From the NCBI GenBank assembly GCA_018609055.1, contig JABAYJ010000006.1, forward strand, positions 10,805-74,804: 64,000 nt of DNA, written 5' to 3'. The stretch is from Flavobacteriales bacterium. GTDB lineage: Bacteria; Bacteroidota; Bacteroidia; Flavobacteriales_D; CAJJDF01. Both the position numbers and the translations under genes were made by a program. This document shows positions 39,554 to 48,804 of this stretch, piece by piece. Each line of letters opens with the position of its first letter. The stretch's first letter is position 1. The notes beneath the pieces were generated by a model. That model was not told the origin of the DNA. It worked only from the letters and a program-made list of their open reading frames with translations, and ran no database searches.

Positions 39554-40371
39554 ACAAAAAGCTTTTGCCTTTCTGCCCATTCCGTCCAAGAGCCATCATA
39601 AATTTTAGAATCTCTCCCCATAGCTATTCTATAAGCAAGCATCACAATACTAGCTGTAAGTCCAGAGCCACAGCTAAAAACTAATTCTTTTTGTTCTTGA
39701 ATCTTTTCCCCAAATAACACAACTAATTCCTCTTTGGATTTAAACTTTACGTCTCTTAAAACATCTCCAAAGGGCACATTAATTGAATCAGAGATATGTC
39801 CACTTTTTAAGTTTTCTCTTGGTTCAACCTCTGTTCCAGAAAATCTTCCAGATGAACGAGCATCAACTATTAATTGATTTTTGGTTTCAAGATTTTCAAC
39901 AACTTGAGTGAACTCAAACAAAAAATCTTGATTAAAATTTGCTGTGAAATCACCCGTTTTAATCTGGTTTAGCTGCCTAACCTCTGTTTTAAAATTATGC
40001 TTTTCCCATTCGGTTAATCCACCATCTAAGACTGAAATATTGTTATGCCCCATAACTTTAAAAAGCCACCAAACTCTTGGACTCGAATAAACTCCAAGGT
40101 TATCATACACAACAATTTTAGAAGAATTATTTATCCCTAGTTTTCTGCATTCCATTTGGAATTGCTCCGGACTTGGAATAGTGTTGGGCAAATAACTCTC
40201 CGTATCAGAAAAGTTATTTTTGAGATCAAAAAACAAGGAGTTTGGAATAGTTTTATCAGTAGAAACAACCGAATCTTGATTCGTTATTTTATTAATACTT
40301 GCATCTAAAACAATGAGATTTTCATCTTCAATATTTTGATTAAGCCATTCTACTGAAACTATTTCATTCAT
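39550..40371 (-). CDS. rhodanese-family sulfurtransferase (3-mercaptopyruvate sulfurtransferase-like)
   Basis: Two rhodanese modules. Active-site loop SCGSGLTA. Confidence 0.8.
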   Translation of the reverse strand: MNEIVSVEWLNQNIEDENLIVLDASINKITNQDSVVSTDKTIPNSLFFDLKNNFSDTESYLPNTIPSPEQFQMECRKLGINNSSKIVVYDNLGVYSSPRVWWLFKVMGHNNISVLDGGLTEWEKHNFKTEVRQLNQIKTGDFTANFNQDFLFEFTQVVENLETKNQLIVDARSSGRFSGTEVEPRENLKSGHISDSINVPFGDVLRDVKFKSKEELVVLFGEKIQEQKELVFSCGSGLTASIVMLAYRIAMGRDSKIYDGSWTEWAERQKLFV

Positions 40372-40388
40372 GCTGAAATTTTAGAAAT

Positions 40389-41696
40389 CTATCTTCTTCC
40401 CGAAGAGTTTCCTCCTCCTCTATTTCCTCCACCCTTATTGGAATTTTTATCATTATGATAATGCTTTTTGTTCCCAGGCTTGCTGTTAGGATTCTTAGAT
40501 CTTCCTTTATTTCTGTTTTGACCTTGGTTTCCTTTTGGAGCTTTTATGTCCTTTTCATCAATATGTGGAGGTTCAAATCCTTCAATGATTTCTTTCTCAA
40601 ACTTCTGTTTGGTCAGTTTTTCAATATCACGGATGTAAGCCAACTCATCATTATCCACTAAAGAAATTGCAACACCATTTGCTCCTGCTCTTCCTGTTCT
40701 TCCAATTCTGTGAACGTAATCCTCAGAAATGTTTGGAATTTCGAAGTTAATCACGTGAGGTAATAATGGAATGTCAATTCCACGAGCTGCAATGTCAGTT
40801 GCAACCAATACTCTCACTTCACCTTTTTTAAATTGAGCCAAAGCTTTCGTTCTGTGATTCTGGCTTTTGTTCCCATGAATCGCCATTGACGAAATCTGCT
40901 TATTATTCAATTTTTCGCAAAGCTTGTTTGCACCATGCTTAGTTCTAGTAAAAATTAACACTTGTTGCCAATCTCCTTCGCTAATCAATTTAATGGTATA
41001 AGCAGTTTTACGAGGTTTATCCATTCGGATAATTCTCTGCTTAATTACTTCTACCGTAGTGTTTTCTGGAGTAGCTTCTACTGCTACTGGATTAGTTAAA
41101 ATTCCGTTTGCTAGTTTCTTAATGTCTTTAGAGAATGTTGCTGAAAACAATAAGTTTTGTCTTCTTTCTGGCAACAAAGTCATAATTCTTTGGATATCTC
41201 TCAAGAACCCCATGTCCAACATTCTGTCAGCTTCATCCAACACAAATATTTCTACTTTTCTAAGATTAACGTGTCCTTGATTATTCAAGTCAATTAATCT
41301 TCCTGGAGTTGCTATCAAAATATCTACTCCATCTCTAAGTTGAGAAACTTGAGGTTTTTGGTTCACTCCTCCAAACATCACCATAGATTTCATGTCCATG
41401 AATTTACCGTATTCCTTTACGTTCTGGTGAATTTGTGCAGCCAACTCTCTTGTAGGAGTCAATATTAAAGTACGGATAGGTCTTTTTCTGAATTCTGTTC
41501 CGTTATCTAATATTTGTAATATTGGTAGTACAAACCCAGCTGTTTTACCAGTTCCTGTTTGTGCTGATGCCAGCATGTCTCTTCCTTCAAGTACGCCTGG
41601 TATTGCTTTCTCCTGAATAGGCGAAGGCTTAGTGTATCCTTTTTCCTCAATTGCTTTGAGAAGGGAATCGGATAATCCCAAATCTTTAAATGTCAT
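40389..41696 (-). CDS. DEAD-box ATP-dependent RNA helicase with basic Gly/Asn-rich tail
   Basis: Q motif, [24 protein letters not shown]-terminal [14 protein letters not shown]. Confidence 0.9.
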   Translation of the reverse strand: MTFKDLGLSDSLLKAIEEKGYTKPSPIQEKAIPGVLEGRDMLASAQTGTGKTAGFVLPILQILDNGTEFRKRPIRTLILTPTRELAAQIHQNVKEYGKFMDMKSMVMFGGVNQKPQVSQLRDGVDILIATPGRLIDLNNQGHVNLRKVEIFVLDEADRMLDMGFLRDIQRIMTLLPERRQNLLFSATFSKDIKKLANGILTNPVAVEATPENTTVEVIKQRIIRMDKPRKTAYTIKLISEGDWQQVLIFTRTKHGANKLCEKLNNKQISSMAIHGNKSQNHRTKALAQFKKGEVRVLVATDIAARGIDIPLLPHVINFEIPNISEDYVHRIGRTGRAGANGVAISLVDNDELAYIRDIEKLTKQKFEKEIIEGFEPPHIDEKDIKAPKGNQGQNRNKGRSKNPNSKPGNKKHYHNDKNSNKGGGNRGGGNSSGRR

Positions 41697-41725
41697 ATAA
41701 TTTTATTCTGATGCAAAGGTAAGTT

Positions 41726-43594
41726 TTAATTTACTGAATTAAGAAGATATTCATTAATCATTCCTTTGTTGTGACTGCATTTTGACACAGAAAAATCAAA
41801 CCAAGTTTGTAATTCAAGCTCCATTCCTACGCCATTTAGGTAATTATCTAAAGCTAAATTCAATCCTTTGGTATATTTGGTATGCTCTGCTCCTGTTGGA
41901 TCAATGTGAGTTAAATCATTTTGGGCAAATCCTTCAAATTCGGGTCCAGTGATTTCTATTTCAAACTCTTCTGGGTTTTGACCAATTGGACTATGAATAG
42001 TAGTTGTAAACTGATGCCAAAAAGCTGATTGAATGCAATTTGCTTCAAATAATTGCCTTACCACTTCTAGCGAATCAATGGTTTCTTGCTCGGTTTGAGT
42101 AGGGAAACCATACATCAAATAAGCATGAACCATAATCCCGTGATTTGCAAAGTTGATTCCAACTCTAGCAACTTGACCAATATCAACTCCTTTTTTCATT
42201 TTCTCTAACAACCTATCAGATGCTACTTCTAATCCTCCTGTTACTGCAATGCAACCTGCTTTTGCCATTAATTCGCAAAGCTCGTCATCAAATGTTTTTT
42301 CAAAACGAATATTCGTCCACCAAGGGATATTTAACTTTCGTTCAATAAGCTTTAATGATAAAGCTCTCAGCATTTTTGGTGGAGCTGCTTCATCTACAAA
42401 ATGAAATCCTTGGATTCCTGTTTGGGAAATTATCGTTTCCATTTTATTCACCAAATCCTCGGCTGTGGTGTTTTGGTAATTGCCAATATAATCAAGTGTT
42501 ACATCACAAAAACTACATTGTTTCCAGTAGCAACCGTGCGATATAGTTAGTTTGTTCCATTTGTCATCCGTCCACATTCTGTGCATGGGATTTACCACAT
42601 CAAGGAACGAAGTGTATTTAGGAAATGGCAATCCAGTGTAGTTTGGAGCTGGTAATTTACTGTGATGAAAAATAGTGTTTGGTATCTTGTTTTGATACAC
42701 TACTACTTTCTCTTTCAATAAAAAAGTACGCTCTAGTTCTTCTTGTTTAATGTTTCCTTTTAAGAATTCGGTAAGCTTTAATAATGGAGCTTCTCCATCA
42801 TCAAGAGTTATAAAATCTACATAATCGAATACTCGTGAATCCTGAAGCGATCGAAGTTCGGTATTGCAATATCCACCACCCATTGCAACTTTAATATTTG
42901 GATAAAACTGTTTTATAAATTGTCCACATCTTAATGTGGCAAACAAATTACCAGGGAATGGAACTGTGAAACAAATCAAATCGGGTTGAGATTTTTCTAA
43001 TTGTTCCTCTAATAAATCGAACAGTTTATGTTCAATAATTGTGGGTTCAGTTTGCAGAAACTCATCTAACTCGTCAAAGCTACTTGCAGAAGAAGAGATT
43101 TGCTCGGCATAACGTGTAAAGGAGAAAAACTCATCTACATTGGCTCTAATAAAGTCGCCAATTTCCTCCACAAATAAAGTCCCGTAGTGCTTGGCTTTAT
43201 CTATGATTCCTTTGTCGCCTTCTTCCCAAACTATTGTTGAGTTTATTTTGGTAATTCTATGTCCTTTAGGAAAATAATTTGGAGCTAATAATTGCTTTGC
43301 TACCTTAACTGAAGAAGATTGAAGAAACGAAATTACCTCCTCTACCCTCCTTACATATAGCTCTTTGTTTTTTAAAACTGCTGTAAACTTAATTTCCTTA
43401 TGTTGTTGAGCTTCTTCAAAAGCTTCGGTTAAAAAAGCTTTATTGAAAATAGCAGTAAATAACTCAATACTTAAATCAGCCTGATCGGTTTCTATTCCTT
43501 TAGAATCCAAAAATCCTTTTAAATATGCCGTAGCCGGATACGGAGTATTCAGCTGGGTAAAAGGTGGGATTATTAAAAGGAGTTTTCCGTTCAT
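41726..43594 (-). CDS. B12-binding-domain-like radical SAM protein, function unknown
   Basis: CYWKQCSFCD (CxxxCxxC) about 350 aa from the N-terminus, preceded by a Rossmann-like region. 622 aa. Confidence 0.7.
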   Translation of the reverse strand: MNGKLLLIIPPFTQLNTPYPATAYLKGFLDSKGIETDQADLSIELFTAIFNKAFLTEAFEEAQQHKEIKFTAVLKNKELYVRRVEEVISFLQSSSVKVAKQLLAPNYFPKGHRITKINSTIVWEEGDKGIIDKAKHYGTLFVEEIGDFIRANVDEFFSFTRYAEQISSSASSFDELDEFLQTEPTIIEHKLFDLLEEQLEKSQPDLICFTVPFPGNLFATLRCGQFIKQFYPNIKVAMGGGYCNTELRSLQDSRVFDYVDFITLDDGEAPLLKLTEFLKGNIKQEELERTFLLKEKVVVYQNKIPNTIFHHSKLPAPNYTGLPFPKYTSFLDVVNPMHRMWTDDKWNKLTISHGCYWKQCSFCDVTLDYIGNYQNTTAEDLVNKMETIISQTGIQGFHFVDEAAPPKMLRALSLKLIERKLNIPWWTNIRFEKTFDDELCELMAKAGCIAVTGGLEVASDRLLEKMKKGVDIGQVARVGINFANHGIMVHAYLMYGFPTQTEQETIDSLEVVRQLFEANCIQSAFWHQFTTTIHSPIGQNPEEFEIEITGPEFEGFAQNDLTHIDPTGAEHTKYTKGLNLALDNYLNGVGMELELQTWFDFSVSKCSHNKGMINEYLLNSVN

Positions 43595-43658
43595 GGGGTA
43601 AAGATAGTGTTCCTTGGGATAAAAATTAACTCTGTTTAGATATTGAATTTATTTATTT

Positions 43659-43680
43659 CTAAATCGCTTACATGCGATTT
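43659..43680. promoter_or_regulatory. 8-bp-arm palindrome, candidate operator
   Basis: TAAATCGC-TTACAT-GCGATTTA, ~100 bp upstream of the XRE gene, in the divergent intergenic region. Confidence 0.3.
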
Positions 43681-43778
43681 ACATCCAGTTAGATACCCTA
43701 TCAGCAATAATTAAAATCGTTATTTTATTCACTTATTAAATTTACTTAAATTAGTGCTCAGAGTAAAAACAATTCAAT

Positions 43779-43979
43779 ATGAACCGAATAAAAGAGGTTT
43801 TAGAAGGAAAAGGAATAAAACAAATATGGTTAGCTGAACAGTTAGGCAAGAGCTACAATATGGTTCACTCTTATGTTCAAAATAAAAGACAACCTAGCTT
43901 AGAAGATTTGTATAAAATTGCTAAAATATTGAATGTAGAAGTCAATGAATTATTAGTATCAATAAAAGAACTGAATTGA
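43779..43979 (+). CDS. XRE family helix-turn-helix transcriptional regulator (66 aa)
   Basis: IKQIWLAEQLGKSYNMVHSYVQNKRQPSLEDLYKIAKILNV is a classic HTH_3 pattern. Confidence 0.85.
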   Translation: MNRIKEVLEGKGIKQIWLAEQLGKSYNMVHSYVQNKRQPSLEDLYKIAKILNVEVNELLVSIKELN

Positions 43980-44011
43980 ATATACAGATAGACATATTAG
44001 AAAATGAAATC

Positions 44012-44404
44012 TTAGAACAATATCCAAATGTTCTTGATATTCTCCGGTCTGAAAGTTGCTGTTTGGATTAGTTTGCCATTCTCTATCTTAAACTCAAGCC
44101 AGGCCCAACTTATTACATCAACCAATTTTCTACCCAACCTACTCAAACTATAAACCAACACAACATCAATTTTTGATTCATTAATTTGTTTCATCATTTT
44201 ATTTAATCCATCCCTACTTTTCTTTAATCCACTAACACCCTCATCCTTAAAAATATCAACCAATTCATAATCATAATCCTGACAATATTTTTTTATGAAC
44301 TTAATTTGATTTCTTATACTATTATCCTTTTCTACTTGATTTTCACTACTTACTCGAACATATCCAATAACTCTATTCATAATATTAAATTTTTTATACC
44401 ACAA
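44012..44404 (-). pseudogene. truncated serine recombinase (first ~91 codons of the catalytic domain) fused in frame to a duplicated SDR gene fragment
   Basis: MNRVIGYVRVSSENQ...DVVLVYSLSRLGRKLVDVIS, then from 44105 downward AWLEFKIENGKLIQTATFRP. That matches residues of the 47160..48578 protein. No DNA-binding domain is present. Confidence 0.75.
44045..44105. repeat. left copy, part A, of the SDR 3'-end segment
   Basis: 56/61 identical to 47253-47313, same orientation. Confidence 0.85.
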
Positions 44405-44453
44405 CCTCCATTATGGTATAAACATAATATTCATCTTACCCATTTCCACAAAC

Positions 44454-44484
44454 AAAAAAAGAAGTACCACATAATGATACTTCT
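44454..44484 (-). terminator. rho-independent terminator of the 44518 lipoprotein gene
   Basis: Minus-strand stem AGAAGTA / TACTTCT followed by T7. Confidence 0.55.
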
Positions 44485-44517
44485 TTCTCTAATCTTGAAT
44501 AAGATATGACTTATTTA

Positions 44518-44823
44518 CTATTTTTCATCTGTCAACTCCCATGTTACAGTATATTTATCTGTACTGTGGTCCCAAATAACTCTTACATCCCAAGTTTGGG
44601 TCATGTCCTCATATTTTGTTTTTAACAAACCTGAATATACATTATCAGACTCCTGTACAAGACCATATTCTTTAATTTCCATATTTGAACTACTTATATC
44701 TAAGGTTTCTGAAATTGATTTTAAGACAAAATCTTTAGTTTCAGTTTCAATTTCTTTTGTTGTGTAACCTCCACAACTAAATAGAAATAAACTAATACTT
44801 AATACCATTAATACTTTTTTCAT
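44518..44823 (-). CDS. small lipoprotein, function unknown
   Basis: Lipobox LFLFSCGG. 101 aa. Confidence 0.6.
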   Translation of the reverse strand: MKKVLMVLSISLFLFSCGGYTTKEIETETKDFVLKSISETLDISSSNMEIKEYGLVQESDNVYSGLLKTKYEDMTQTWDVRVIWDHSTDKYTVTWELTDEK

Positions 44824-44913
44824 AATTTCTAATTTTTATTTATTCTCAAATATAGTAAAATATGTTAAAATAATTTACAAAAAAAAAGAGATTCATACAT
44901 TTATATTGTAAGA

Positions 44914-44937
44914 CCTCACCTGGGAGTTTCATTTAGG
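44914..44937. repeat. left copy, part B, of the SDR 3'-end segment
   Basis: 22/24 identical to 47312-47335, same orientation. It shares the dinucleotide CC with the end of part A. Confidence 0.7.
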
Positions 44938-45083
44938 TTCTTAAATTTTAATCTTTGATTCTTTTTAAATTCTAGAAGTAATAAGGTGTAACAATTTAGT
45001 CCTGTTGATTTACATCTTGAGTTCTGAAACCTGACGCGAAAGCAATAATTGTTTAATAAAATGAAAATCAATTACATAATTTA

Positions 45084-45091
45084 TATATTTG
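45084..45091 (+). promoter_or_regulatory. candidate -7 box (TATATTTG)
   Basis: Exact TAnnTTTG, 16 nt before the ATG at 45107. It overlaps the alternative TTG at 45089, which argues for the ATG. Confidence 0.4.
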
Positions 45092-45106
45092 CAAAAAAAC
45101 AACCAA

Positions 45107-46366
45107 ATGAAATTATTAAAACTAACTACTCTTTTCCTTTTAGGAATAACTGCTACTGCTTTATCTCAAAGACCTCAAAAGCATGATTTAAAGTTTAATT
45201 ATACTCAATTACCTTCAGCTCCACTTGATGCTGCTATTGTAAATTACACAAGTACAGTAAACTTAATGTATGTAGATGCTATTAATGAGGAAAAAGCAAA
45301 GGCACTAGCAGAATATGAAGCTGAGATGGCCGATTACCCTAGAATTGAACAACAAGCCAAAGCCAACTATGACGAAAGATTAGCTCAATACAAGGTAGAA
45401 AAAGAAGCTTACGACAATAAGTCGGCTGGTAAAAAATTTATTGAGAAAAATGTACTGGAAGAGAATACGAAACCATCAAATCCTGGTTCATATTACCCAC
45501 CAGCAAAACCTTATTTAAGAGAGATTAAATCTCAGAAAGTATTTAACCAAGAAATGCTATCCAACACTTACCTTAAGCTTGAAGGATTTAACTTAGCTAC
45601 TGAAAATGCAGTTATAATAACTGTAGACATGTATGGTTACGAAGGATTAGATCCAGAATTTAAAACTGAAAAAAGAAAAATGTTTAATTCCAAAACAAAA
45701 GCGGAATATTACGATACTTACACGTGGTATGAAACATCATACAAACACCCAATGAATTTAAAAATTGAAACTCCAGATGGACAAGTTTTATTTAACGAAA
45801 CTTTTACTGAGTTTAATGATTTTATAATTGCAAAAACAAAAGAAACAAAAGGGAGCTCTCAAGCTATGAACAGAGAATCATACGTTAAATCTCTTCAGGA
45901 CAAAGCTGTTACTCAAAACTTAAAAATTATTAATGCATTTATAAACGATAATTATGGATACAGAGTTGTAGAAAGAAAATCTACTATTTATAGTGTTAAG
46001 GAAAAGAAACACGACTACAGTGATTACAAAAGTGCTTTTATTTCTGCTAATGATGGATATTCTCTATTAGTTTCAGATTTTGAAGCAGGATCTGTAAAAT
46101 TAAAAGAAGCTATTGTTCTATGGGAAACTGCTTTGAAAGAATCGGATACAGAAGATAAAAAAGCTAGAATTAACCAAAAGGTAACTCTTGTAACTTATTA
46201 TAACTTAATAGATGCTTACATTGCTTTGAACGAATTTTCTAAAGCTGAGAGTGTTTTAAATAAATTAGCTATGGAATCTGATAAGAAAAAAGAAACCAAC
46301 AAAATAGACGAATACAAATTATACTTAAAGGATATTAAAGACAGATGGGAAATTAACAATGGTTAA
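45107..46366 (+). CDS. secreted protein, function unknown
   Basis: Signal peptide MKLLKLTTLFLLGITATALSQ, a charged coiled-coil-like N-terminal third and a TPR-like C-terminus. Confidence 0.6.
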   Translation: MKLLKLTTLFLLGITATALSQRPQKHDLKFNYTQLPSAPLDAAIVNYTSTVNLMYVDAINEEKAKALAEYEAEMADYPRIEQQAKANYDERLAQYKVEKEAYDNKSAGKKFIEKNVLEENTKPSNPGSYYPPAKPYLREIKSQKVFNQEMLSNTYLKLEGFNLATENAVIITVDMYGYEGLDPEFKTEKRKMFNSKTKAEYYDTYTWYETSYKHPMNLKIETPDGQVLFNETFTEFNDFIIAKTKETKGSSQAMNRESYVKSLQDKAVTQNLKIINAFINDNYGYRVVERKSTIYSVKEKKHDYSDYKSAFISANDGYSLLVSDFEAGSVKLKEAIVLWETALKESDTEDKKARINQKVTLVTYYNLIDAYIALNEFSKAESVLNKLAMESDKKKETNKIDEYKLYLKDIKDRWEINNG

Positions 46367-46390
46367 AAAACATTAATTTAATTTATTGTA

Positions 46391-46423
46391 AGGCGTAATT
46401 ATTAATTTAATTACGCCTTTTTA
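46391..46423 (+). terminator. rho-independent terminator
   Basis: AGGCGTAATT-ATTAATTT-AATTACGCCT followed by T4. Confidence 0.7.
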
Positions 46424-46482
46424 TATGTATGAATAAGCACTTAAACTGATTTAGAATGGTGTGCTTACTATAATTACTATCT

Positions 46483-46490
46483 TAGCTTTG
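46483..46490 (+). promoter_or_regulatory. candidate -7 box (TAGCTTTG)
   Basis: Exact TAnnTTTG, 17 nt upstream of the ATG at 46507. Confidence 0.4.
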
Positions 46491-46506
46491 AAACAAGATT
46501 AAATTC

Positions 46507-47145
46507 ATGAATAAACTCCTATTACTATTAGCCATTACTTATTTAAGTTCTTGCACTAACGAAACTGAACCACACAATACAGAGCGAACTAAAGTAATTG
46601 AAGAAACTATTAATACCATCAAAAGAAAAATAGATACTGTATATATTGAAAAAGTAGAAGTGGATGACTTCCCTGATGCTGAATTCTATTTTAATGAAAG
46701 TTTACCTGATTGGCTAATAGAGTCTAATATTCTGGAAGAATCGTTATTGACAGATAAATTTGAGTTCAGCAGCCGATTAAATCCATTTTACTTAGAAGCT
46801 GACTTTAATGGTGATGGAAATATTGATGTAGCCATTCCAATATCAGAAATTGATACTGAAAAAGATGGTTTTGCAATCATTCATGGAACAACCAACACAA
46901 TTTACATTATTGGAGCAGGGAATAAAGTTAAAAATGCGCTTTCTGATGACTTAAGCTACATTGACATTTGGAAAGTAAATCGAAAAAAAACAAACAAACC
47001 AGGCTTAGAAGAAAATACTGGCACTGGTGACAAAGGAGAATTAATTATTGAAACTCCATCACTAAATATTGAAAAATCGGAAATTGGAGGAGGATTAATG
47101 TATTGGACAGGAAGTGAATATGCTTATTTTCATCAAACCTGCTAA
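46507..47145 (+). CDS. lipoprotein with a single FG-GAP/VCBS-like DFNGDGNIDVA motif
   Basis: Lipobox ITYLSSCT. ADFNGDGNIDVAIP. Confidence 0.6.
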   Translation: MNKLLLLLAITYLSSCTNETEPHNTERTKVIEETINTIKRKIDTVYIEKVEVDDFPDAEFYFNESLPDWLIESNILEESLLTDKFEFSSRLNPFYLEADFNGDGNIDVAIPISEIDTEKDGFAIIHGTTNTIYIIGAGNKVKNALSDDLSYIDIWKVNRKKTNKPGLEENTGTGDKGELIIETPSLNIEKSEIGGGLMYWTGSEYAYFHQTC

Positions 47146-47159
47146 TTGAAATTTGAAAT

Positions 47160-48578
47160 TTATTTCCCCGCTATATTCCTCAACATCCCTTTAAAAATAA
47201 ACCCATGAAAAGGCAATACTGAATACCAGTAGGCTCTTCCCATTACTCCTAGCGGTCTGAAAGTTGCTGTTTGTACGAGTTTACCATTCTCTATCTTAAA
47301 CTCAAGCCAAGCCTCTCCTGGGAGTTTCATTTCGGCAAATAGTAGTAAACGACCTTCTTCTTTGTTAGCATACAAAACTCTCCAAAAATCTAGCGCATCT
47401 CCAGCATGAATAGAATCAATGTTAGTTCTTCCTCGCCTAAGTCCTACTCCACCAAATAGTTTATCTAAATAACCTCTTAACTTCCATAGCCAGTTCCCAG
47501 AGTACCAACCTGTTTTACCTCCAATGCTCCATATTCTTTGGATACATTGTTCTCTGTTATCAAATTCTTGTTCTCGTTCATCCCTAAAACAACCAAAAGT
47601 AGGTACTTCTATATAATCGCTAATACTATCTGTAAGTCCGCTACTAGCGTAAGCATCTTTCCAGCTAGAAAGCACTTCGTTAGTTTTTATTTTTGCAAAG
47701 GCATATTCCAATGATTTTTGATACGAACTAGGAGTAACTTCAAGTAATTCATTAATTCGAGTATCCCTGCAAACAACCTCAACCTTCATACTAGAAACCA
47801 AAGAGCTAGCTAACTTATATGAAGTAGAAGTCACAAAATATAACCAGTAAGAAGACAACCTAGGTGTCATTACGGGAACTGTCCATATTTTTCGTTTTAA
47901 TCCTCTTTCCTTAGCAAATTCTAGTAACATTTCTCTGTAAGTCAATACATCTGGCCCACCAATATCAAAATTTTGATCGTAGGTTTTGGAATTAAAAATA
48001 CTGAGCGAAAGAAAAGAGATGACATCTCTAATTCCTATTGGTTGGCACTTGGTCATGAGCCATTTAGGAGTTATCATTACTGGTAATTTTTCTACCAAGT
48101 CTCTTATTATCTCAAAAGAAGCACTTCCCGAACCAATTATTATTCCTGCTCTTAAAGCTGTGAAATAGTACTTTCCTTTTTCTAATTCCTTCTCTACATT
48201 AAGTCTAGAACTCAAATGCTCCGATAAATCGGTCTCATTTACAATTCCACTTAAGTAAATTACATGTTTTACATTAGTCCCGTCAATTGCCTCTCTAAAG
48301 TTAACTGCACATTGTTCTTCTAATGATTTATAATCAGAAGAAGATGACATGGAATGAACTAAATAATAGGCTCCATCAATATCTTTGGGAATTAGTTTGA
48401 GCGATTCTTTCTCTAACAAATCAACCTCCAATATTTCTATTTTATCCAATAAAGCCTCTCGCTGATTAAATCTTTCGGTATCACGAACACAACAAACTAC
48501 TTGGTGCCCTTGCTCTATGAGTACATTAAGTAATCTTTTGCCAATATAGCCAGTAGAACCTGTTAGTAGTATTTTCAT
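47160..48578 (-). CDS. SDR family NAD(P)-binding protein with C-terminal DUF2867-like domain
   Basis: MKILLTGSTGYIGKRLL (Rossmann TGxxGxxG). The C-terminal FAEMKLPGEAWLEFKIE...YWYSVLPFHGFIFKGML is typical of DUF2867. Confidence 0.75.
   Translation of the reverse strand: MKILLTGSTGYIGKRLLNVLIEQGHQVVCCVRDTERFNQREALLDKIEILEVDLLEKESLKLIPKDIDGAYYLVHSMSSSSDYKSLEEQCAVNFREAIDGTNVKHVIYLSGIVNETDLSEHLSSRLNVEKELEKGKYYFTALRAGIIIGSGSASFEIIRDLVEKLPVMITPKWLMTKCQPIGIRDVISFLSLSIFNSKTYDQNFDIGGPDVLTYREMLLEFAKERGLKRKIWTVPVMTPRLSSYWLYFVTSTSYKLASSLVSSMKVEVVCRDTRINELLEVTPSSYQKSLEYAFAKIKTNEVLSSWKDAYASSGLTDSISDYIEVPTFGCFRDEREQEFDNREQCIQRIWSIGGKTGWYSGNWLWKLRGYLDKLFGGVGLRRGRTNIDSIHAGDALDFWRVLYANKEEGRLLLFAEMKLPGEAWLEFKIENGKLVQTATFRPLGVMGRAYWYSVLPFHGFIFKGMLRNIAGK
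47253..47335. repeat. right (intact, in-gene) copy of the duplicated 85-bp segment
   Basis: Parent of the copies at 44045-44105 and 44914-44937. Confidence 0.85.
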
Positions 48579-48804
48579 CTGAAATTATAAGTTATGTAAA
48601 ATCTCTTATGATAAATTTAAGCTAATTTAACCAAGAAAGCGAACATAATTGACACTGAAAAGTATGATATTATTCTGTTTTATTTCCATCCTATTTTCGT
48701 TAACTTTAAAAGGAGGTTGAAACTTGTTTTAGAAGTCATTAACTAAAAGTGTTCTCTTTGTACTCACATAACAAACTAACTATATATTACCTAAAAATAC
48801 CTTT

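Larger units (their letters stand above)
44045..47335. mobile_element. putative decayed integrative island bounded by direct repeats of the SDR gene 3' end
   Basis: Direct repeats 44045-44105 plus 44914-44937 versus 47253-47335. A recombinase remnant and an XRE gene sit at the left edge. The cargo is three secreted or lipoprotein genes of unknown function. Confidence 0.4.

Noticed and set aside
44878-44905. AAAAAAAAAGAGATTCATAC upstream of the 44518 lipoprotein gene as a possible fourth copy of the bipartite element.
   Set aside because: Only one degenerate half-site (TTCATAC), in the opposite orientation relative to the gene and without the 21-bp partner.
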